Assembly: GCA_965198115.1 (NCBI GenBank) | Contig: OZ240241.1 | Coordinates: 5,504,001-5,568,000, forward strand | Reading direction: 5' to 3' | Length of the DNA stretch: 64,000 nucleotides | Origin: Candidatus Latescibacterota bacterium | GTDB taxonomy: Bacteria; Latescibacterota; UBA2968 | In this document: positions 56,186 through 64,000 of the stretch, piece after piece | Layout of the letters: the number at the start of each line of letters is the position of its first letter | How positions within the stretch are numbered: the stretch's first letter is position 1 | Program-made: the position numbers and the translations under genes | The notes under the pieces: model-generated | What the model saw: only the letters and a program-made list of their open reading frames with translations | Told to the model about the DNA's origin: nothing | The model's database searches: none

Positions 56186-57283
56186 TCAGGTCGTTCCGAA
56201 CGATTGCGCGTAACCGATCGCCGTCACGATCTCCTCGTCCGAAACATCGTCGTGCGACACCGCGTTACCAACGCCGTGCAGGAGCACGAAACGGATCACG
56301 CCGTCTCTCGTCTTCTTGTCGGCACGCATCAGCTTGAACAACTCGTCCGTCGACACGTCAGCCCAGCGTGCAATACCCAGCCTCCGGAACAGCGCATCCT
56401 GACGTCCGCAGGTCCGTTCGTCGAGCACCCCCTTGTCGACCGCGATCCTTCCGTTCGCGACCATCCCCGAAGCGACCGCTTGTCCGTGCTTGATCGTAAA
56501 GCCGGACGCGGCCTCGACCGCGTGCCCGATCGTGTGACCGTAGTTCAACATCTCCCGAAGTCCGCGATCGGTCTCGTCCGCCTCCACCACTCCGGCCTTG
56601 ATCTCACAATTACGCGCGACCAGCCACACAAGCTGATCCGCTTCGATCGTGCGATCCACGATCGCGTCGAGATGGTCCTCCAGAAAGGCGACCAGCTCCT
56701 CATCCCGGATCAGACCGTGCTTCACGACCTCCGCCATCCCCGCGAGGTATTCGTCATCCGGCAACGTCTTCAGCGTGTCCGTGTCGATATAGACGAGACT
56801 GGGCTGATGAAACGCGCCAATCATGTTCTTCCCGAGCGGATGGTCCACCGCCGTCTTCCCCCCGACGCTCGCATCGACCTGTGCCTCCAACGTCGTCGGC
56901 ACTTGAACGAACGGAATCCCCCGCATGAAACCTGCCGCCACGAACCCCCCCACGTCACCCACGACACCACCCCCCAGCGTCACCACGCACGAACCCCGAT
57001 CCAGTCCGGCCGCGATCAAATCGCCCCAAAGGCGCCCGGCCGTCTCGAGCGTCTTGTGGACCTCCCCGTCCGGCATGGTCACGACCGAAACGAAAAAACC
57101 GGCCGCGCTCAGACTGCGCTCGACCGGTTCGAGGTAAAAATCGGCGACCGTCGGGTTCGTGATGATGGCGACACGACGACCCAGTCCTCGTCCACGATAG
57201 GCGTCGCCGATACCCTCGAGGCAACCGTGCCCCACCTGAATCGGGTAGCTGCGGTCGCCAAGACCCACTTGAATCTCCGTCAC
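56186..57283 (-). CDS. aroB: 3-dehydroquinate synthase
   Basis: LGGGVVGD, QVPTTL, DASVGGKT, NYGHTIGHAVE, DKK. Confidence 0.96.
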   Translation of the reverse strand: MTEIQVGLGDRSYPIQVGHGCLEGIGDAYRGRGLGRRVAIITNPTVADFYLEPVERSLSAAGFFVSVVTMPDGEVHKTLETAGRLWGDLIAAGLDRGSCVVTLGGGVVGDVGGFVAAGFMRGIPFVQVPTTLEAQVDASVGGKTAVDHPLGKNMIGAFHQPSLVYIDTDTLKTLPDDEYLAGMAEVVKHGLIRDEELVAFLEDHLDAIVDRTIEADQLVWLVARNCEIKAGVVEADETDRGLREMLNYGHTIGHAVEAASGFTIKHGQAVASGMVANGRIAVDKGVLDERTCGRQDALFRRLGIARWADVSTDELFKLMRADKKTRDGVIRFVLLHGVGNAVSHDDVSDEEIVTAIGYAQSFGTT

Positions 57284-58002
57284 CCGTCAGCCCCCTTCTG
57301 CTTGAGCAGCCCGATCGCTTCCGCCGCCGTCTCTTCGGGAGATCTCACGTCGTCCGACGTGACAAACAGGTCCGCGCGAGCGTAGTAGGGCTCCCGCTCT
57401 TCGAGCATCTGGGCGATCTTGGCCCTTCGCCCGGCATCGTCCAATCCCGCCAGCAGCGGCCGTTCCGATGCCTTGCGCGTCACCCGATCGAAGATCGTGT
57501 CGACCGATGCGCGGATGCACACGCTCACCCCCGAGGATTCGATGATACCCCAGTTCCGCTCCTGGGTCGCAGCCCCTCCGCCCAGCGCGATAACGGCGTC
57601 CGCCCTCTCCCCCGCCTGCCGGACACACGCGTGTTCGATGTCCCGAAAGGCCGCTTCACCATCGCCCTCGAAAATCTCGGGAATGGATTTCCCCGCCGTC
57701 TCGACGATCATGTCGTCCGTGTCGAGGTAGGCTCGCTCGCTCACGTGTGCGATCAGCGGCCCCACCTTACTCTTTCCCGACGCCATGAACCCCGTCAGGA
57801 AAACCGGCTTGCCCGAAACGACCTGACACGGCCCCTCCGCGAAACGCATCGCGCGCTTCTTTCGATAGCACGACTCGCAGTTCCACATAGGGGGCTTGAG
57901 CATCGCGTTGTAGCCTTCATCGAGGACGTCGCGGTGCAAGTGCTCGGTCTCGATGCCGCACGTATCGCATTGTAGCACGCGCTTATCGCTGGTTTCACTC
58001 AT
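57280..58002 (-). CDS. aroK: Shikimate kinase with an N-terminal CxxC...CxxC extension
   Basis: GFMASGKS, DTD, EAAFR, ALGGG, RPLL; extension contains CDTC and CESC. Confidence 0.9.
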   Translation of the reverse strand: MSETSDKRVLQCDTCGIETEHLHRDVLDEGYNAMLKPPMWNCESCYRKKRAMRFAEGPCQVVSGKPVFLTGFMASGKSKVGPLIAHVSERAYLDTDDMIVETAGKSIPEIFEGDGEAAFRDIEHACVRQAGERADAVIALGGGAATQERNWGIIESSGVSVCIRASVDTIFDRVTRKASERPLLAGLDDAGRRAKIAQMLEEREPYYARADLFVTSDDVRSPEETAAEAIGLLKQKGADG

Positions 58003-58202
58003 TTGTTTTCCGCGGGTTGGTGGGCGCTGTCGTCCGCCGCTTTCTTGCCTCTGACTTCTATCTTCTGTTCGCAGCCGGGAGGCTGCTCCCACCGTTGATT
58101 CGTTCGCTTCAGTGAGAGGGGCGAAGCCGTCTTTACCGCCCACCGCTCACAGCCGACCGCCGATCTGATTTTTCCCAGTCAGAGACTGTTCCCACAGCGA
58201 AC

Positions 58203-59906
58203 TCACATCTCATCCGGCGCCTGAATCCCGAGCAGCCCGAGGCCGTTCTTGAGAACGACCGTGATCGCGTAGACCAGCGTGATCCGTGAAGCGGTTAATG
58301 CTTCGTCATCGGAAACGACCCGGTGCGCATTGTAGAACCGGTTGGCTACCGTGCACAGGTCGATCAGGTAGCTCGCGATGTAGGAGGGCTCGTGTCCGTC
58401 GGCCGCTCGGCTGATGGCCGTCGGATACGCCGCCAATTGCTTGATCACTTCTGCCGTCTCGGGCTCGGTCAGCAAACCGAGGTTTGCTCCGGCAGGCGGC
58501 ACGTCCTCGGAGAACCTGCGCAGCACGGATCTGTAACGTGCGTGTGTGTACTGCACGTAAGGCCCTGTTTCCCCGTTGAAGTTCAGGATCTCGTCCCAAT
58601 CGAACTGGACGTCCTTGATCCGCCTCGAATCGACGTCGGCGAACAGGATAGCCCCGATCCCCACGGCCTCCGCGACCGCACCCTTGTTCTCGAGGTCCGG
58701 ATTCTTCTCTTCGATGATGTCACTGGCTAATTCAACGGCTCGATTCAGCACATCCTCCATCAGGACAATCTTGCCACGACGAGTCGACATCCCCCCGTCT
58801 TTAAACCGAAGGCGTCCAAACACCACGTGGGAGCAACGATCGCTCCACGCGTGTCCCATCAGTTCCAGCACCTTGAACAGCTGCCTGAAGTGCAGGGATT
58901 GCGCCACGTCGACTACATAAAGCATCTGGTCGAACGAATACTCCGACCAGCGATGTTCGGCCGCCGCGAGATCTCGCGTCGCGTAGAGCGAGGCCTCGTC
59001 GCTGCGATACGCCAGGAACGGTGGCATGTCCCACGCCTCCAGGTCCACGATCGTCGCTCCCTCGCTGATCTTCACGAGGCCCTTCTCCTTCAGCCGCTGG
59101 ACCGAGTCGTGCATCCGGTCGATGTGTGTGCTCTCGCCGGCCACCAGGTCGAATTCGATCCCCAGTCGATCGTAAACACGCTCGAACTCCTTCCAGCTGA
59201 TGTCACACGTCACTTGCCACATGCGACGTGCTTCCTCGTCTCCCGCCTCCAAACGGCGGAACCACGCACTCGCTTCTTCCTCCGCCTCCGGATTATCGTC
59301 GATCTCTTCGTTGATCCGGACGTAGAGGTCGAGAAGCGTGTGAATCGTGATATCCTCGGTCAGTTCACCCTCGCCCCACTTTTTCCAGGCCACGATCAGC
59401 TTCGCGAACTGTGACCCCCAATCGCCGAGATGATTGATGCCCACAACCCGATAACCGAGTGTGCTGAAGATGCGACGCAGTGCGCCGCCGATCACCGTCG
59501 AACGGAGATGATGGATGCCGAAGGGTTTGGCGATGTTCGGATGGGAAAAGTCGATGACGATGCTTTTGCCGGTACCTTCATCGCTTCGGCCGAAGTCATC
59601 GACCTGTTCGACGATCTGGCTCAGCGTATCACGTGCAAGATCATCTCGAGAAACGACGAAATTCAGGTAGGGTCCGGTCGGCCGAACCTCTGCGATGCGT
59701 CCACCGGTCTGAATGGACGATGCCAACTCCTCCGCGATCAGATTGGGGGCCTTCCGCATCGTCTTCGCGAATGAGAAGCAGGGAAGGGCGTAGTCCCCCA
59801 TCTCCGGGTTCGGCGGTGTTTCGATCAACCCGGCGAGGGCATCCCTATCCAGACCAGTCGGAGCGGTCAACTGATCGGCAATCTCATCGATATACGGATT
59901 CTGCAA
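58203..59906 (-). CDS. argS: Arginine--tRNA ligase
   Basis: DFSHPNIAKPF, HLRSTVIG, NHLGDWG, MSTRRG, GPYVQYTHAR. Confidence 0.97.
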   Translation of the reverse strand: MQNPYIDEIADQLTAPTGLDRDALAGLIETPPNPEMGDYALPCFSFAKTMRKAPNLIAEELASSIQTGGRIAEVRPTGPYLNFVVSRDDLARDTLSQIVEQVDDFGRSDEGTGKSIVIDFSHPNIAKPFGIHHLRSTVIGGALRRIFSTLGYRVVGINHLGDWGSQFAKLIVAWKKWGEGELTEDITIHTLLDLYVRINEEIDDNPEAEEEASAWFRRLEAGDEEARRMWQVTCDISWKEFERVYDRLGIEFDLVAGESTHIDRMHDSVQRLKEKGLVKISEGATIVDLEAWDMPPFLAYRSDEASLYATRDLAAAEHRWSEYSFDQMLYVVDVAQSLHFRQLFKVLELMGHAWSDRCSHVVFGRLRFKDGGMSTRRGKIVLMEDVLNRAVELASDIIEEKNPDLENKGAVAEAVGIGAILFADVDSRRIKDVQFDWDEILNFNGETGPYVQYTHARYRSVLRRFSEDVPPAGANLGLLTEPETAEVIKQLAAYPTAISRAADGHEPSYIASYLIDLCTVANRFYNAHRVVSDDEALTASRITLVYAITVVLKNGLGLLGIQAPDEM

Positions 59907-59915
59907 GTGGAAACC

Positions 59916-60665
59916 TCACCGACATCCAACATAGATGGTGGCGATTCCGAACGACAGGGTCGTGCTGTCGACCTGAACGAAACCGACTGCCCGCATCCGA
60001 TCGCAGAACGCCTCTCCCTCCGGAAACCGCATCACCGACTCGCAGAGGTAACGGTAGGCGCTCTGATCCCTCGACACCAACCGCCCGATCGTCGGAAGAA
60101 CGTTCCGAAAATAGAACAGATACGGACCCCGCATCAGCGGGCTGTGCGGCTGCGAGAACTCCAGGATCGCCGCCCGGCCGCCGGGCTTGAGAACCCGGAT
60201 CATCTCCCCGAGCCCGGCATCGAGCTCGGCCACGTTGCGGATCCCGAAACCGATCGTCACACGGTCGAACGTCGCATCCTCGAACGGAAGCCGCTCCGCA
60301 TCTCCGGCGAGAAACGTCATCCGCGCCTCACGGTCCCGTCCCTTTCTCAGCCCGTAGTGAAGCATCCTCGTCGAGATGTCCGCGCCCGTCACTGCGATTC
60401 CGGCATCGCGATCAGCCGCCTCCAGACCGAGATCGCCCGTGCCGGTCGCCAGATCCAGAATCCGATCGCCCGCCTGGGGTCCCAGCGCATCGATCGTCTT
60501 CCGTCGCCAGACCACATCGGTCCCGGCGCTCAACAGCCGGTTGAGAACGTCGTAGGTCCCCGCGATCCCATCGAACATACGGCGTACGAAAACGCGTTTC
60601 TCATTCGGCGCGTCGAAGACTCTCGTCAGGATTGGCTCTTCTGGCGGTGTTTCGGTGGCGTTCAT
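59916..60665 (-). CDS. ubiE: UbiE/MenG quinone-biosynthesis methyltransferase
   Basis: MFDGIAGTYDVLN, LDLATGTGD, FGIRNV, RVLKPGG, ILEFS. Confidence 0.93.
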   Translation of the reverse strand: MNATETPPEEPILTRVFDAPNEKRVFVRRMFDGIAGTYDVLNRLLSAGTDVVWRRKTIDALGPQAGDRILDLATGTGDLGLEAADRDAGIAVTGADISTRMLHYGLRKGRDREARMTFLAGDAERLPFEDATFDRVTIGFGIRNVAELDAGLGEMIRVLKPGGRAAILEFSQPHSPLMRGPYLFYFRNVLPTIGRLVSRDQSAYRYLCESVMRFPEGEAFCDRMRAVGFVQVDSTTLSFGIATIYVGCR

Positions 60666-60705
60666 TGGTTGGTCGAGCGTGGCAGGCTCTGCCTGCCATC
60701 GGCAA

Positions 60706-60825
60706 TTAAATGCGCTACGCTCGCCCCCGTGCTCTGCACGGGGGCACTACCGTTGCCCTATCGTGTGAGCTAAAACCTCAGTCCCCGTGCAGAGCACGGG
60801 GACAAGCGAGCGTAATGTAGTTTAA
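60706..60825. repeat. REP-doublet / REPIN-like inverted repeat
   Basis: Palindromes at 60723-60745 and 60781-60803 in inverted orientation; outer arms ttaaatgcgctacgctcgc / gcgagcgtaatgtagtttaa. Confidence 0.75.
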
Positions 60826-60976
60826 CGTCCTCAGGCTGAGCCTGGGAACGAGGGAGGCGGACGCGAGAACGAGGGGTTGGGGCGGTCAGACGCACTTGGG
60901 AACGAGGCGTGGCCTCAACTCCGCCTTTCCTTTCGTTCTCCCATTCTGTGTGTTCGGTGTGTTCTGTGGTTCCAAA

Positions 60977-61843
60977 CTACGATTGAAACCGTCCAACCAC
61001 GGCCTGCTTCATCACATCCGTAGGGGGAAAGGTGCCCGTCCAGATCTCGAACGACCGCGCACCCTGGAAGACCAGCATGTCGAGGCCGCCGTAGGCCTTC
61101 GCGCCGGCCGTCTCGAATTGCCCCATCAACGTCGTTTTCAACGGATTGAAAACCGTGTCGTAGAGGATGAGATCCGGATGGACGACTGTCGTGTCCACGA
61201 TGGGACTCCCATCGACCTCAGGATGCATCCCCAGCGACGTCGTGTTGACCACGAGCCCCGCGTCGACGAACGCGGCGCGCTGTTCTTCCACCTCCATCCC
61301 TCCGGGGTGAATGGCTTTCCCCGTGATCTTCTCCATATCCGCGGCCAGGGCTTCTGCTCGACGCGTCGTTCGATTGAGGAGCGTCACGCAGTCGACTTCG
61401 GCGCGAGACGCCAGCGCGTAGGTCACGGCTCGAGCGGCGCCCCCGGCCCCGAGCACGACGCAACGCGATGGGAGCGTCGACAGCCCGGCGACGCGTTCGA
61501 GTGCGGTCAAGACACCGAAGACATCCGTGTTGTGACCCGTCAGGTCGCCGTCTTCGTTGTGGATCGTGTTAACAGCTCCGACCGCGAGCGCTTCCTCCGA
61601 AATCCGATCGACGTGCTCCATCACCGCAAGCTTGTGCGGAATCGTCACATTCAGACCGAGCAAGTCGAAAGCGCGGACCCCGGCGACGGCCTCTCCGACG
61701 CGATCGGGAAGGACGTGGTAGGCCACGTAGCAGCAATCCAGCCCCAGGGCGTCGATCGCCGCGTTGTGCATGTCCGGCGAAAAGGAGTGCGCGATGGGAT
61801 CGCCGATCACACCCATCACACGACTGGTGGAACGAATCTTCAA
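60977..61843 (-). CDS. aroE: Shikimate dehydrogenase
   Basis: GDPIAHSFSP, NVTIPHK, GAVNT, NTD, GAGGAA, NTTSLGM, MLVFQG. Confidence 0.96.
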   Translation of the reverse strand: MKIRSTSRVMGVIGDPIAHSFSPDMHNAAIDALGLDCCYVAYHVLPDRVGEAVAGVRAFDLLGLNVTIPHKLAVMEHVDRISEEALAVGAVNTIHNEDGDLTGHNTDVFGVLTALERVAGLSTLPSRCVVLGAGGAARAVTYALASRAEVDCVTLLNRTTRRAEALAADMEKITGKAIHPGGMEVEEQRAAFVDAGLVVNTTSLGMHPEVDGSPIVDTTVVHPDLILYDTVFNPLKTTLMGQFETAGAKAYGGLDMLVFQGARSFEIWTGTFPPTDVMKQAVVGRFQS

Positions 61844-61889
61844 AGTCAGCTATCTCGCTGGCCGTAGGGTGAGGTGCCCGTAACGATCC

Positions 61890-62030
61890 CTACCCCAGAA
61901 GATCTTCCACGAACTGATCGGCAATGTCGAAGCTCTCTGCCCAACTGCACCCGTAGACGTAGCGGATGAAGGCCACACCGCCGAGGATGCAGACGATCGT
62001 CATGAACGCCAGTTTGAACAGGATTCTCAT
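61890..62030 (-). CDS. Small membrane protein (46 aa); below the ORF-track size cutoff
   Basis: MRILFKLAFMTIVCILGGVAFIRYVYGCSWAESFDIADQFVEDLLG; RBS aaagga; starts 3 nt after the aroA-like stop. Confidence 0.7.
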   Translation of the reverse strand: MRILFKLAFMTIVCILGGVAFIRYVYGCSWAESFDIADQFVEDLLG

Positions 62031-62033
62031 CGG

Positions 62034-63383
62034 CTATCTTCCTTTCACCCGGACCACGGACGCGATCCGCTCGAGGATTCCAGGATAGGTCTGATGCACG
62101 GGCCCTGGATTCACGATACGCGAAACGCCCTCCGCGGCCAGCCCGGCAACCGTCAGCGCCAACGTCACGCGTGCGTCTCCCCCCGCTTCCAGTTCGCCTC
62201 CCTGCAAGTTCTGTATGCCCTCGATGACCAGCCCATCCGGCATTTCTCCCACGCGGACACCGAGACGCCGAAGGTTCTCCACCATCAACTCGATGACGTC
62301 CGTGCCGCCTTCCCTCAACGCGGACACGTCGCGGATCACGGTTTCTCCCTGTGCGCAGGCGGCCACAACCGAGAGGAGCGGAATCTCGTCCCTGAAAAGC
62401 ACGCTGTACTCGTCGGCAATTTTGATCTTCCGAAGGTCGCCCATCGATTCGACGCGGTAGGCACGGGAGGAGATTCCAGAATCGGTCCGTGTCTTGTCAA
62501 TGTCGACACTAACGTTGAACCGTCTCAAGAGATCGATCAGGCGGCGTGTCTTCCAATCGGTGTGCGCATCCAGAACCGTTAGGGAGGACTGGGGCAGCAC
62601 CGCCGCGAGTCCCATCAGACAGGCCGCCGCCGTGGCGTCGCCGGGCAAAACGTGATCCATCGGCACCAGCGTCTGGGGCCCTTCCAGGAAGATTCGATGG
62701 CCGTCCGCATCCTCCACGCGGGCCTTTTCCAGCCGTCCCTCAGCGCGTCTGAACAGCACTTCCAGATCGTCTTCGCCCGCCAGGTCCTGAATCAGTTCAT
62801 AGGTCCCTTTTTGCCGAACCGCACCCAGGAATACTGCGGCCTTGACGGCGGAATCGGGTTGCCCGAGCGCGTAGGACCCCGGCTTCGGCGTGTTGATGCC
62901 GATCTCGACCTCGAACGGCGTTGCTTCGCCACCACGAACGACGATGCCAAAAGCCTCCAGGGCGTCGAGGATGCCTCGCGCTTCGCGAGTATAGGGGTCG
63001 CCGATCGTCAAACGACCTCCGAAGGCCGATCCGGCGACCAAACCGGAAAGACAGGCGAAAGCGGTGGGAGTCGACGCCTCGAGCACGGCGTCGGTCGATC
63101 GGAGCCCTCCTCCATGAACGGTCGCGGTCTCACCATCGAACGAAACCTCCACACCCAATCCAGAAAGCGGGGTCGCAATCGCCGTCACTTCCGGGCGTCC
63201 CGAACACCTCACCACGGTCGTCTCTCCGTTCACGAGCGCCCCGAACGCCAGCGCCATCGTCGACAGTTCCGGGTTTCCCGGCAGGTCGCACTGTCCGTTC
63301 AGCCCCGTTGCCTGGGGGATCGCCTCGAGGTCGATCTGCATCGCTTCGGATGGTGCTGCGACTTCCGTCTCTGCCATGCTCAC
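62034..63383 (-). CDS. EPSP-synthase-fold protein with degenerate active site (AroA-like pseudoenzyme)
   Basis: Colinear with class II AroA (LPG, PGD, DEIP, A.GETVIRD, PDGLVIEG, TYP) but catalytic motifs are replaced. Confidence 0.85.
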   Translation of the reverse strand: MSMAETEVAAPSEAMQIDLEAIPQATGLNGQCDLPGNPELSTMALAFGALVNGETTVVRCSGRPEVTAIATPLSGLGVEVSFDGETATVHGGGLRSTDAVLEASTPTAFACLSGLVAGSAFGGRLTIGDPYTREARGILDALEAFGIVVRGGEATPFEVEIGINTPKPGSYALGQPDSAVKAAVFLGAVRQKGTYELIQDLAGEDDLEVLFRRAEGRLEKARVEDADGHRIFLEGPQTLVPMDHVLPGDATAAACLMGLAAVLPQSSLTVLDAHTDWKTRRLIDLLRRFNVSVDIDKTRTDSGISSRAYRVESMGDLRKIKIADEYSVLFRDEIPLLSVVAACAQGETVIRDVSALREGGTDVIELMVENLRRLGVRVGEMPDGLVIEGIQNLQGGELEAGGDARVTLALTVAGLAAEGVSRIVNPGPVHQTYPGILERIASVVRVKGR

Positions 63384-63388
63384 TCCCG

Positions 63389-64000
63389 TTACACGAGAAC
63401 CTTGAATCCTCGACCTTCGAACAAGCGAGAAGCCGACTCGGCATCCGTTCCACTCCCGAATCCGAGTCGCAAAGAACCGCCTTCACCTTCGCGCACCTTC
63501 ATCACTTCGATGTCTTTGATGTTGATCCCCGCCTCCGCCAGCAGCCCACCAATTTCGGCGATCACACCGGGACGATCTTCGACCATCAGCCGCAGTTCGT
63601 GGAGCGGCGACATGAACCCTTTCGAGTCGCTCGGAATCCCGGCACGCACCTCCTGGGCATAGGAGAAGTCGGATGCCAGCGCGTCCACTTCCAAACGCGA
63701 GGAGATTTCGTCCAGCGTATCCCGAAACCTGGAGACGCTCTCTCGAATCGCCGCCACGTTCGTTTGGCAGATATCCCGCCACATCTCATAGGGGCTGGAG
63801 GCGATCCGCGTCATATCCCGAAAGCCCCCCGCCGCCATCTTCAGAGCCAGACCCTCCGGGACGTCGAGACGCCCCACCATCCCCACGAGGGATATCGCCA
63901 TCAGCTGGGGCAGGTGACTGATCGCCGCGGCCACACGATCGTGCGTCTCCGCATCCAGAACGAGAGTACGGGCACCCGTCGAACCCACGAGGTCCGCCAG
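63389..64000 (-). CDS. tyrA: Prephenate/arogenate dehydrogenase with C-terminal ACT domain (5' part outside window)
   Basis: HDRVAAAISHLPQL, AAGGFRDMTRIASS, MWRDI; ACT motif VEDRPGVIA. Confidence 0.93.
   Translation of the reverse strand: MADLVGSTGARTLVLDAETHDRVAAAISHLPQLMAISLVGMVGRLDVPEGLALKMAAGGFRDMTRIASSPYEMWRDICQTNVAAIRESVSRFRDTLDEISSRLEVDALASDFSYAQEVRAGIPSDSKGFMSPLHELRLMVEDRPGVIAEIGGLLAEAGINIKDIEVMKVREGEGGSLRLGFGSGTDAESASRLFEGRGFKVLV

Overview
GC-rich bacterial chromosome segment, probably from a metagenome assembly; the lineage cannot be fixed from sequence alone. Housekeeping blocks (nrdAB, COG0523 GTPase-yidD-cysS, hemB, sufE, folE2, lgt, rpmG; aceE-aceF-lpdA; tyrA-aroA-like-aroE, menG/ubiE, argS, aroK, aroB) alternate with a ~21 kb block of catabolic hydrolases (25.7-46.6 kb), a PhnD/selenate-type ABC transporter, a PemK/MazF toxin-antitoxin pair and four IS elements (ISAzo13, two near-identical IS630, IS256). 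No rRNA, tRNA or CRISPR array was seen. Best leads: (1) a full-length EPSP synthase homologue lacking most catalytic and substrate-binding residues, in the aroA slot of the aro cluster, next to an unannotated 46-aa membrane protein, with a Zn-ribbon-fused shikimate kinase further along; (2) a tyrosyl-radical-less (class Ic, Mn/Fe-type) ribonucleotide reductase with NrdR boxes, divergent from a COG0523 metallochaperone; (3) a local cluster of zinc-sparing enzyme variants; (4) composite heptamer/REP repeats flanking aceE, one of them hit by IS630; (5) about a dozen frameshift or nonsense lesions confined to non-essential genes, which may be sequencing error or real decay.
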